29,729 nucleotides of DNA from an uncultured Erysipelotrichaceae bacterium (GTDB taxonomy: Bacteria > Bacillota_I > Bacilli_A > Erysipelotrichales > Erysipelotrichaceae), in assembly GCA_964457525.1 (NCBI GenBank), contig CAYWGS010000004.1, positions 1-29,729 of the forward strand, read 5' to 3'. A program made the translations under genes and the position numbers. The notes under the pieces were generated by a model, which worked only from the letters and a program-made list of their open reading frames with translations, was not told the origin of the DNA and did no database searches. Positions 8,673 through 16,431 of this stretch are shown here, in pieces. Within the stretch, counting starts at the first letter, position 1; each line of letters opens with the position of its first letter.

Positions 8673-8690
8673 TTGTTAAATAATTAACAA
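8673..8690. promoter_or_regulatory. Rex-type operator 2 (identical 18-mer) between the -10 box and the SD of the first hydrogenase gene
   Basis: TTGTTAAATAATTAACAA, identical to the site at 8628-8645. It ends 6 nt before the AGGAG SD (8697-8701). Confidence 0.7.
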
Positions 8691-8706
8691 GATAATAGGA
8701 GCATTT

Positions 8707-9222
8707 ATGAGCCAATTAAACAATCATAGTTTAGATGCGATTAATCGAATCATTGATGAGCATAAACACCAACAAGGCCCAATTAAACTCATCTTACATG
8801 AGATTCAGAATGAACTTGGGTATATTCCATTTGAAGCAATGAAGGAAATGTCAGATAAACTAAAAGTTCCCATTGCGGAAATTTATAGTGTCGTTAGTTT
8901 TTACACTCAATTCACGTTAGAGCCAAAGGGGAAACATGTATTAAATATCTGTATGGGAACTGCGTGTTACGTTAAAGGAGCTCAAGCTCTTATCGTTAAG
9001 TTTGAGGACTTAACTGGCGCAAAACTTAATAGTACAAGTGATAATGGATTATTTTCTCTAGATAGTACACGTTGTTTAGGAGCGTGTGGATTAGCACCCG
9101 TAGCGGTACTTGATGGAGTGGTCTATGCCAATGCGATACAAAATCCAAGTTTAGAGTATAAAATCCGCGATATTCTTCATGAAGAAGAAAGAAAGGCGAA
9201 TGAGTCCTATGGTAACGCTTGA
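8707..9222 (+). CDS. hydC: NuoE-like [2Fe-2S] subunit of NADH-dependent [FeFe]-hydrogenase (HydC type)
   Basis: Thioredoxin-like ferredoxin motifs CMGTACYVKGA and CLGACGLAP follow the typical NuoE N-terminal helix bundle (QGPIKLILHEIQNELGYIP). Confidence 0.85.
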   Translation: MSQLNNHSLDAINRIIDEHKHQQGPIKLILHEIQNELGYIPFEAMKEMSDKLKVPIAEIYSVVSFYTQFTLEPKGKHVLNICMGTACYVKGAQALIVKFEDLTGAKLNSTSDNGLFSLDSTRCLGACGLAPVAVLDGVVYANAIQNPSLEYKIRDILHEEERKANESYGNA

Positions 9223-9580
9223 TACACTCAAACAAATTCAAAAGACAACACTAGATCAAATGAATCTAGTATCAACGAAAGAAACACATCGTATCTTAAT
9301 TGGTATGGGAACTTGTGGCAAAGCAGCAGGTGCGGTTCAAGTCTATAATTACTTAGTAGAAATGAAAAAAGAATATGATTATCCGATTCAAATATGTCCA
9401 ACCGGTTGTGTTGGGATGTGTATATTAGAACCAATGGTGGAAGTCATCGATAAAACGGGTCAACATACTGTATATGTGCATGTGGATGAGCTAAAGATGA
9501 AAGAAATTCTCCATCAACACATCAAGCAAAATAATGTTCTTCATCAATATACGATGAGTGGAGAAAGTTATGAAAGCTAG
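9209..9580 (+). CDS. Small thioredoxin-like [2Fe-2S] ferredoxin-domain subunit (HydD-like extra subunit)
   Basis: ILIGMGTCGKAAGA ... CPTGCVGMCILEPMVEV provides four Cys in the pattern of thioredoxin-like [2Fe-2S] domains. Its position between the NuoE-like and NuoF-like genes matches tetrameric NADH-dependent Fe-only hydrogenases. The start is ambiguous (ATG 9179, 9200 or 9209); 9209 gives the best SD spacing. Confidence 0.7.
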   Translation: MVTLDTLKQIQKTTLDQMNLVSTKETHRILIGMGTCGKAAGAVQVYNYLVEMKKEYDYPIQICPTGCVGMCILEPMVEVIDKTGQHTVYVHVDELKMKEILHQHIKQNNVLHQYTMSGESYES

Positions 9581-11345
9581 AAGAATCCATTGTTTATTAA
9601 GAGAAGATGATCAGGGTTTAGTCAATCAACTTAAGAATGTATTAAGACGTAATCATTGTGAACAAATCATTGAAGTCTATACGCATACACTCAAAGATGT
9701 GGATCGTTCGATTTGTGCAATCTATCCTGATGGAATCTTCTATGAGAATGTAAATGAGAACTTATGTCGATTACTTGTTGAAATACAACTCATGAAAGAC
9801 AACAAATTGGAACAATTTGAAGTTAAGAAATTAGATCCAGAACTGAGAGAAAAATTTGATCAATGGGATAATGATCGATTCTATTACAAACAAACACGAA
9901 TTGTTTTAAGAAACAGTGGGAAGATCAATCCTGAATCCATTGATGAATATATCGCAGTGGACGGGTATCAAGCCATTGCGAAAGTATTAGAAAGTCAAAG
10001 TCCACAGGATGTTATTAATACAATGGTCGCATCGGGATTAAGAGGGCGTGGTGGAGGAGGATTCTCGACAGGCTTGAAGTGGCAATTGGCTAAGAATACT
10101 GAATCGAATGAAAAGTATGTTATCTGTAATGCGGATGAAGGGGATCCAGGTGCTTTTATGGATCGTTCCGTTCTTGAAGGGGATCCACATTCCATTATAG
10201 AAGCGATGATGATAGCAGGTTATGCAATTGGCGCATCCCACGGTTATATCTATATTCGTGCAGAATATCCTGTTGCGGTTGAACGACTCAATATTGCGAT
10301 TAAACAAGCTAAAGAATATGGTTTACTCGGTAGAAATATACTGGGACATCCATTTAGTTTTGATATTGAAATACGATTAGGAGCGGGTGCCTTTGTTTGT
10401 GGTGAAGAAACCGCATTAATCGCATCAATCGAAGGTAAACGAGGAACTCCAAAACCTCGACCACCTTATCCAAGTGTAAGTGGTGTTTGGGGGAAACCAA
10501 CGATCATAAACAATGTTGAAACATTAGCGAATGTATGCCCGATTATCCTCAAAGGACCTAAATGGTTTAGAACCATTGGGACTGAAACATCTCCAGGAAC
10601 CAAAGTCTTTGCCTTAGGTGGAAAGATCAAACAAACTGGATTAGTTGAAGTTGGTATGGGTATTACCTTACGTGAAATCGTATACGATATTGGTAAAGGA
10701 TGTCCAAACAATAAACAATTTAAAGCGATGCAAACGGGTGGACCAAGTGGTGGTTGTATTACGAGCGCAAACCTCGATACACCCATTGGCTTTGATGAAC
10801 TCGTTAAACTTGGATCAATGATGGGTTCAGGTGGAATGATTATTCTAGATGAAGACAACTGTATGGTAGATGTGGCTCGTTTCTATATGGACTTTATTGT
10901 AGATGAATCCTGTGGTAAATGTACGCCATGTCGTATTGGAACAAAACGCTTACTCGAGATGTTAAATCAAATCACCGAAGGAAATGGAACGCTTGAACTT
11001 TTAGATGAGATGGAAAAATTAGCGTATTACATTAAAGAAAATTCACTTTGTGGCTTAGGTCAAACAGCCGCAAATCCATTCTTATCTACGTATCATAATT
11101 TCAAAGAAGAATACATTCGACATGTTGTTGATAAGAAATGTGATGCGAAGGTTTGTAAAGCACTCCTTGATTACACCATCAAACCAGAACTCTGTAAGAA
11201 ATGTGGTATTTGTGCTCGTGGTTGTCCTACGTATGCGATTAATGGAACCGTTGGTAAGGATCCATTTGTAATTGATCCTGAGCTATGTATTCGTTGTGGT
11301 GCATGTGTATTAAATTGCAAATTTGATGCGATTGTGAGGGCTTAA
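9570..11345 (+). CDS. hydB: NuoF-like flavoprotein subunit of NADH-dependent [FeFe]-hydrogenase (FMN/NADH binding, [4Fe-4S], C-terminal 2x[4Fe-4S] ferredoxin)
   Basis: GLRGRGGGGFSTGLKW (FMN site), ICNADEGDPGAF, and ESCGKCTPCRIG with LCGLGQ (N3-type cluster). The C-terminus reads CKKCGICARGCP and CIRCGACVLNCK. The N-terminal ~100 aa resemble a thioredoxin-like ferredoxin fold but lack the Cys ligand set. Start at ATG 9570 (GGAG 6 nt upstream); the track start 9558 is a GTG. Confidence 0.88.
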   Translation: MKARRIHCLLREDDQGLVNQLKNVLRRNHCEQIIEVYTHTLKDVDRSICAIYPDGIFYENVNENLCRLLVEIQLMKDNKLEQFEVKKLDPELREKFDQWDNDRFYYKQTRIVLRNSGKINPESIDEYIAVDGYQAIAKVLESQSPQDVINTMVASGLRGRGGGGFSTGLKWQLAKNTESNEKYVICNADEGDPGAFMDRSVLEGDPHSIIEAMMIAGYAIGASHGYIYIRAEYPVAVERLNIAIKQAKEYGLLGRNILGHPFSFDIEIRLGAGAFVCGEETALIASIEGKRGTPKPRPPYPSVSGVWGKPTIINNVETLANVCPIILKGPKWFRTIGTETSPGTKVFALGGKIKQTGLVEVGMGITLREIVYDIGKGCPNNKQFKAMQTGGPSGGCITSANLDTPIGFDELVKLGSMMGSGGMIILDEDNCMVDVARFYMDFIVDESCGKCTPCRIGTKRLLEMLNQITEGNGTLELLDEMEKLAYYIKENSLCGLGQTAANPFLSTYHNFKEEYIRHVVDKKCDAKVCKALLDYTIKPELCKKCGICARGCPTYAINGTVGKDPFVIDPELCIRCGACVLNCKFDAIVRA

Positions 11346-11346
11346 T

Positions 11347-13110
11347 ATGAAAACCATTCAATGTGAAATCAATCGAAAAGTCATTGAAGTAAAAGAAGGC
11401 ACGAGCATTCTAGAGGCATGTCGTGAGAATCATATTAATATTCCAACTCTATGCCATCTTGAAGGCTGTGAAGTAAAAGGGGCTTGTCGTATTTGTGTTG
11501 TGGAAGTTGAAGGAAGAAAGAATTGTGTGCCATCCTGTGTTCAAAAAATTGAAGAAGGGATGAAAATCTTTACCCATTCTAAAAGAGCAATAGAATCCCG
11601 TAAGATGACTCTTGAACTCTTATTATCAAATCACAGTCAAGATTGCTTATCTTGTATTCGTAATCAAAAATGTGAGTTACAACGCTTAGCTCAAGAACTC
11701 AATGTAAGACAGATTGCGACAGATAAAGCTAAAACAGAAGTGCATTTCGATGATTTATCCAATGGTATCGTACGTGATACGAGTAAATGTATTTTATGTG
11801 GTCGTTGTATCGATACCTGTAAAAATACACAAGGTTTGGGTATCTTAAACTATATGGATCGTGGATTTAAAACAACCGTAGGTCCAGTACTCAACCTCAG
11901 TTTTAGTCAAGTAAATTGTATTCAATGTGGTCAATGTATCTTAAATTGCCCAGTTGGCGCATTAAGTGAAAAAGAAGAAATTCATGAAGTGATTGAAGCC
12001 TTAAATGATCCATATAAGCATGTGATTGTGCAAACTGCACCTGCTGTTCGCGCATCCCTTGGTGAAGAGTTCGGTTATCCAATCGGAACACGTGTGACGG
12101 GTAAAATGGTTGCGGCTCTTAAACAAGTTGGATTTAACCGTGTTTATGATACTGATTTTGCGGCAGATTTAACCATCATTGAAGAAGGGAATGAACTATT
12201 ATCTAGATTAGAAAAGAATGGTGCACTTCCACTCATTACATCCTGTAGTCCAGGCTGGATAAACTATTGTGAGAAAGAATATCCTGAAGTCATTCCACAT
12301 CTTTCAAGTTGTAAGAGTCCACATATGATGTTTGGCGCAATTCTGAAATCGTATTATGCAAAAACAAAGTATTTAGATCCAAAAGATGTCATTGTTGTCA
12401 GTATCATGCCATGTACGGCGAAGAAGGATGAGAAGAACCGTTTTGTGAATGAAACGACGGGTTATAAGGATGTGGATTATGTCCTAACAACGCGTGAATG
12501 TGCACGACTCATTAAACTCTATGGAATCGATTTTAACCATCTTGAAGATGAAGCCTTTGATCAAGACATGTTTGGTCAATCCACAGGTGCTGGAGTCATT
12601 TTCGGTGTCAGTGGTGGCGTTATGGAAGCAGCCCTTAGAACAGTATATGAAAAGGTAACGCATCAAAGCTTACAAAAACTCGAGTTTGAAACACTACGTG
12701 GATTTAAGACCATTCGAGAATCTGAAGTCGATCTTAATGGAACGAAACTTAAAGTAGCGGTTGTCTACAGTATGAAAGAAGCTTCTAAAATCTGTGAAGA
12801 TATTAAACACAAACAATCCCCATATGCCTTTATCGAAATCATGGCATGCCCAGGTGGATGTATAAATGGTGGGGGTCAATCAATTATTGATAAGAGTCAT
12901 AATCACATTCCTCTTCAGGAGTTATTGAAGTTACGTGCATCGACACTCTATATTGAAGACCAAAAGAATCAACTTAGAAAATCACATGAGAACCCGTTAA
13001 TTCAATCACTCTATGAGAATTACTTGATTGAAGCGGGTAGTCCAATCGCACATTCACTCTTACATACCCATTATCAAAAGCGTGATCGATTTAATTACTA
13101 TCCAGAATAA
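11347..13110 (+). CDS. hydA: [FeFe]-hydrogenase catalytic subunit, long M3-type (N-terminal [2Fe-2S], His-ligated [4Fe-4S], 2x[4Fe-4S], H-cluster domain)
   Basis: The N-terminus has CHLEGCEVKGACRIC...C. It is followed by HSQDCLSCIRNQKCELQ, CILCGRCIDTC and CIQCGQCILNCP. H-cluster motifs are ITSCSPGW (L1, non-canonical), IMPCTAKKDE (L2) and EIMACPGGCINGGGQ (L3). Confidence 0.88.
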   Translation: MKTIQCEINRKVIEVKEGTSILEACRENHINIPTLCHLEGCEVKGACRICVVEVEGRKNCVPSCVQKIEEGMKIFTHSKRAIESRKMTLELLLSNHSQDCLSCIRNQKCELQRLAQELNVRQIATDKAKTEVHFDDLSNGIVRDTSKCILCGRCIDTCKNTQGLGILNYMDRGFKTTVGPVLNLSFSQVNCIQCGQCILNCPVGALSEKEEIHEVIEALNDPYKHVIVQTAPAVRASLGEEFGYPIGTRVTGKMVAALKQVGFNRVYDTDFAADLTIIEEGNELLSRLEKNGALPLITSCSPGWINYCEKEYPEVIPHLSSCKSPHMMFGAILKSYYAKTKYLDPKDVIVVSIMPCTAKKDEKNRFVNETTGYKDVDYVLTTRECARLIKLYGIDFNHLEDEAFDQDMFGQSTGAGVIFGVSGGVMEAALRTVYEKVTHQSLQKLEFETLRGFKTIRESEVDLNGTKLKVAVVYSMKEASKICEDIKHKQSPYAFIEIMACPGGCINGGGQSIIDKSHNHIPLQELLKLRASTLYIEDQKNQLRKSHENPLIQSLYENYLIEAGSPIAHSLLHTHYQKRDRFNYYPE

Positions 13111-13166
13111 GCATTATATTTGCATATTTTCACCTTAAGTCATACACTGTGATTACAGTTAAATCA

Positions 13167-13308
13167 ACTTCAGGGCAGGGTGAGATTCCCGACCGGTGGT
13201 ATACCCCACGAGCACATTGTGTATGAATCTGTGAAACTCAGATGGCGACAGTAAAGTCTGGATGAAAGAAGTCTTTTAGATACCCTGAAAACCTCAGGGT
13301 TTTTATTT
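13167..13308 (+). promoter_or_regulatory. FMN riboswitch (RFN element) with intrinsic terminator expression platform
   Basis: CTTCAGGGCAGGGTGAGATTCCCGACCGGTGGTATACCCCACGAGC...GAATCTGTGAAACTCAGATGGCGACAGTAAAGTCTGGATGAAAGAAG matches the conserved RFN core, with P1 formed by ACTTC (13167-13171) and GAAGT (13268-13272). The terminator is ACCCTGA (13282-13288) paired with TCAGGGT (13294-13300), followed by TTTTTATTT. A possible promoter lies upstream: TTGCAT (13120-13125), 17 nt, TACACT (13143-13148). Confidence 0.9.
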
Positions 13309-13319
13309 AGGAGAAGCAT

Positions 13320-13994
13320 ATGAAACCGTTTGTATTCATAAAAGCCGCAATCAGTCTGGATGGCAAAATTGCGACAAAAACAGGTGAGAGTCAATGGATC
13401 TCAAATGAGAAATCAAGAGCATATGTACATCAGTTACGTGCTGAATACGATGCGATTTGTGTCGGTGTTCAAACGGTTATTTTAGATAACCCACGACTCA
13501 CCATTCGCCAAAATGGAGAAGAGCGCTCACACTTTCGACTGGTACTCGATACAAGCGGTCGAATACCATTAGATTCAAATTTACTCAATGATGCATATAA
13601 AGATAAAACGATTATCTTTACCTCTGATTTAATTGAAATAGAGACTGAAAACAAACTAATCGAAAAAGGCATTAAACTCGTTAAACTCAAATTACTTGAT
13701 GGAAGAATTGATCTAAACGATTGGTTAAATGCTTGTGAAGATTTAGGTATAAAATCCATCTTTGTAGAAGGTGGAGGAGAAGTGATTGCGTCCATGTTAA
13801 AGGCAAATATCGTAGATAAGATATCGGTAGCGATTGCGCCAATGATCATTGGAGGACAAAGTGCTAAGGGATTTGTGGCAGGTGAAGGAATTGAACATTT
13901 AAGTGAGGCTGTACAACTTGAAGATCCTCAAATTAAGTGGTTTGATAATGATTGTATCTTGGAGTATCGTGTGAAAAGAGGGCAAGTAAAATGA
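13320..13994 (+). CDS. ribD: Riboflavin-pathway pyrimidine reductase, RibD C-terminal (reductase) domain only, with no deaminase domain
   Basis: [60 protein letters not shown] ... [13 protein letters not shown] ... IAPMIIGG aligns with the reductase half of B. subtilis RibG/RibD. There is no HAE / PCxxC deaminase motif. AGGAG lies 6 nt upstream of ATG 13320. Confidence 0.85.
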   Translation: MKPFVFIKAAISLDGKIATKTGESQWISNEKSRAYVHQLRAEYDAICVGVQTVILDNPRLTIRQNGEERSHFRLVLDTSGRIPLDSNLLNDAYKDKTIIFTSDLIEIETENKLIEKGIKLVKLKLLDGRIDLNDWLNACEDLGIKSIFVEGGGEVIASMLKANIVDKISVAIAPMIIGGQSAKGFVAGEGIEHLSEAVQLEDPQIKWFDNDCILEYRVKRGQVK

Positions 13995-15187
13995 AAAATT
14001 CCAGTATTAGTAATGTATTAGAATCAATCGCAAAAGGAAATGGTGTGATTATATTAGATGACACAACACCGGACAGTAAAGCACACTTTGCGATGGCGGC
14101 AGAAAAGGTCAATTCAGAAACGTATAAACTTCTTAAGAAATATGGACACAATACCATCCATGTCGCATTAGAAGCTTCTCGCTTAATTGATTTAGGCTTT
14201 AAAGCAAGCTATGAAGATAACAGTTATCAAGTCGTAAATACGGTTTCGGTTGATTACAAAGGGAATACCGTAAATGATGGATTCGAATCTGAAATTCGTA
14301 CCATTGAAGCACTTGTTAATCCAAATTTAAGCATTCTAGACTTTAAACAACCAGGTTCCGTATATATTACTCAAGCCAGTTATGGTGGCGTCTTAAAACG
14401 TGCAGGTCATATCGAGGCATCCATTGATCTTGCGCGCTTAGCGAAATTAAAACCCATTGGGCTTGTCAGTGAAATCGCAAATGAAAAGGGTGAAAGACTA
14501 AGTCATGATGAACTCTGTAAACTTGCGATGGACTTAAAGCTTGAATGTGTGGTGGTGGAAGATATTATTTCCTATCGCAGACAAACAGAATCCATGGTGA
14601 AACGTGCGTCTTCTGCTAAAATGCCAACCCGTTATGGGGAGTTTACGATAGTTGGTTATGAAAATATCCTTACAAAAGAACATCATGTAGCCTTAGTCAA
14701 AGGGGATGTATCGGATGGAGAACCAGTTTTAATCCGAGTTCATAGTGAATGCTTAACAGGGGATGCGTTTGGATCCTTACGTTGTGATTGTGGCCAACAG
14801 TTTGATGCGGCGATGAAAATGATTGAAAAAGAAGGACGAGGCATTCTTCTATACATGCGTCAAGAAGGTCGTGGCATCGGTTTAATTAATAAAATTCGTG
14901 CCTACAACTTACAAGACCAAGGACTTGATACAGTAGAAGCTAACCTTGCATTGGGCTTCGGAGCCGATATGCGTGATTATGGAATTGGGGCTGAAATCTT
15001 AGCCGATTTAAATGTTAAGAAACTTCGTTTAATGACCAATAATCCAAGAAAATTGGTTGGATTATCTGGATATGGTATTGAGATTGTTGAGAGAGTTCCA
15101 ATTCAACTCAATCACAATGAAAAGAATGAAAACTACCTCAAGACGAAACAAAACAAACTTAGTCATATGTTAAAGTTTGAAGAGTAA
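13991..15187 (+). CDS. ribBA: RibBA-type bifunctional protein: intact GTP cyclohydrolase II domain fused to a DHBP-synthase-like domain with substituted catalytic residues
   Basis: The C-terminal half is canonical GCH II: [61 protein letters not shown]. The N-terminal half has the DHBPS fold pattern ([26 protein letters not shown]) but lacks the DEDRENEGD acidic loop and the PGH histidine. The start at 13991 overlaps the ribD stop (ATGA). Confidence 0.85.
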   Translation: MKNSSISNVLESIAKGNGVIILDDTTPDSKAHFAMAAEKVNSETYKLLKKYGHNTIHVALEASRLIDLGFKASYEDNSYQVVNTVSVDYKGNTVNDGFESEIRTIEALVNPNLSILDFKQPGSVYITQASYGGVLKRAGHIEASIDLARLAKLKPIGLVSEIANEKGERLSHDELCKLAMDLKLECVVVEDIISYRRQTESMVKRASSAKMPTRYGEFTIVGYENILTKEHHVALVKGDVSDGEPVLIRVHSECLTGDAFGSLRCDCGQQFDAAMKMIEKEGRGILLYMRQEGRGIGLINKIRAYNLQDQGLDTVEANLALGFGADMRDYGIGAEILADLNVKKLRLMTNNPRKLVGLSGYGIEIVERVPIQLNHNEKNENYLKTKQNKLSHMLKFEE

Positions 15188-15188
15188 T

Positions 15189-15887
15189 ATGCAAAATTTA
15201 TTAAAGGGAATTAAAAAGTATGGTTTAAAAGTAGGATTAAGTATTTTCCTACTTTTATTCCTTGCCTTCTTTTGGTATGTCAATGATTACTATAAAGCAG
15301 ATGAAAGTGTATTAACAATTCTAGATAAAGCCTATGTATCAGAGGTTAATAATGTAGTTGAACTAAAAGCAGACACAAATAAAGGCCTCATCTTTTACCC
15401 TGGTGGTAAAGTTGAAGCCTATGCTTATCTTGGTTTATTAGATGGTTTAAGAAATGAAGGAATCAATGTTTACTTAGTTAAGATGCCTTTTAATCTTGCG
15501 GTATTTAATATCAATGCGGCAGATGAGATAATCAAAAATCATCCAGAAATAGAAGAATGGTATATCGCCGGACATTCACTCGGTGGGGCAATGGCTTCAC
15601 AATATCTTGAAAAGAATGCGGATAAGTTCTCAGGATTAATTCAATTAGCTGCGTATCCGATTAATGAAAGTGAAGAGAATACACTCGTACTGATTGGGTC
15701 CAATGATCTCGTATTAAGTCGAGATAATATCAAAGATTATGTTGAGATTGTCGGTGGAAACCACGCTTACTTTGGTGATTATGGTGAACAAGAAGGGGAT
15801 GGACAAGCAAGCATATCACGTCTTGACCAACAAAGCTTCACAATCAATCAAATAATGGACTTCATTACACAAACATCAAGCAAGTAA
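15189..15887 (+). CDS. Membrane-anchored alpha/beta-fold hydrolase of unknown specificity
   Basis: N-terminal TM helix (LKVGLSIFLLLFLAFFWYV), nucleophile elbow GHSLGG, and late GGNHAYFGDYG (catalytic His region). ATG 15189 is 1 nt after the ribBA stop; the track start 15177 is a TTG. The 3' end overlaps convergent gpx by 12 nt. Confidence 0.7.
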   Translation: MQNLLKGIKKYGLKVGLSIFLLLFLAFFWYVNDYYKADESVLTILDKAYVSEVNNVVELKADTNKGLIFYPGGKVEAYAYLGLLDGLRNEGINVYLVKMPFNLAVFNINAADEIIKNHPEIEEWYIAGHSLGGAMASQYLEKNADKFSGLIQLAAYPINESEENTLVLIGSNDLVLSRDNIKDYVEIVGGNHAYFGDYGEQEGDGQASISRLDQQSFTINQIMDFITQTSSK

Positions 15888-16367
15888 TTTACGGATATCA
15901 TCTTCGATATCTCTTGGATGAGTACTTGGCTCATAGCGTTTAACGACATTACCATTTTGATCCACTAAGAATTTAGTAAAATTCCATTTAATTGGATCAT
16001 TCATAATCGATTTGAATAACCCTTTGTTTGGGTTATTTTTCTTTAGAAAGGTAAAAAGTGGATCTTCATTCTTACCATTTACTTCAATCTTAGCGAATGT
16101 AGTAAATGTCGTACGATAATTCAACTTACAGAAGTTGGATAGCTCTTCATCACTTCCTTGAGCTTGTTTAAACTGATTGCTAGGAAAATCGAGAACTTCA
16201 AATCCACGATCCTTAAACTTAGCATATAAAGTTTCCAATCCCTCATACTGTGGTGTAAACCCACAACCTGTTGCCGTATTAACAATCAATAATACTTTTC
16301 CTTTATAAACAGACAAGGATACTTTCTCTTTTTTTATATTTCTTACACTTAAATCATAAAGGATCAT
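15876..16367 (-). CDS. gpx: Glutathione peroxidase family protein (Cys type)
   Basis: LIVNTATGCGFTPQY (peroxidatic Cys), LDFPSNQF and IKWNFTKFLVD are the three GPx signature blocks. GGAGG lies 6 nt upstream of ATG 16367. Confidence 0.9.
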   Translation of the reverse strand: MILYDLSVRNIKKEKVSLSVYKGKVLLIVNTATGCGFTPQYEGLETLYAKFKDRGFEVLDFPSNQFKQAQGSDEELSNFCKLNYRTTFTTFAKIEVNGKNEDPLFTFLKKNNPNKGLFKSIMNDPIKWNFTKFLVDQNGNVVKRYEPSTHPRDIEDDIRKLLA

Positions 16368-16431
16368 ATCTAACCTCCATTTTATTCAAGTTTAGCATAA
16401 AAACATATTTATGAAAACTTTCATACAATCA

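Noticed and set aside
10466-10858. 130-aa minus-strand ORF inside hydB, plus similar antisense or alternate-frame ORFs at 2300-2557, 4413-4694, 5609-5794, 6632-6823, 9026-9241, 9228-9434, 9995-10307, 11903-12879, 13469-13849, 13933-14157, 16811-16993, 17604-18132, 22564-22854, 23611-23862 and 23898-24188
   Set aside because: All are nested in, or antisense to, well-supported genes. They have low-complexity or Ser/Pro/Ile-rich translations typical of shadow ORFs in AT-rich DNA, and they lack SD sequences and family motifs.
13118-13130. ATTTGCATATTTT, a 13-nt exact repeat of the right arm of the znu palindrome, considered as a second Zur box in front of the rib locus
   Set aside because: Only a half-site is present, with no TGCAAAT partner 1 nt upstream. 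The shared TTGCAT is more simply the -35 hexamer of a promoter (17 nt before TACACT).
13170-13394. 74-aa minus-strand ORF in the track covering the hydA-ribD intergenic region
   Set aside because: It lies antisense to a textbook FMN riboswitch and to the ribD start. It has no SD and no recognisable family. The RFN element explains the sequence conservation pattern far better.
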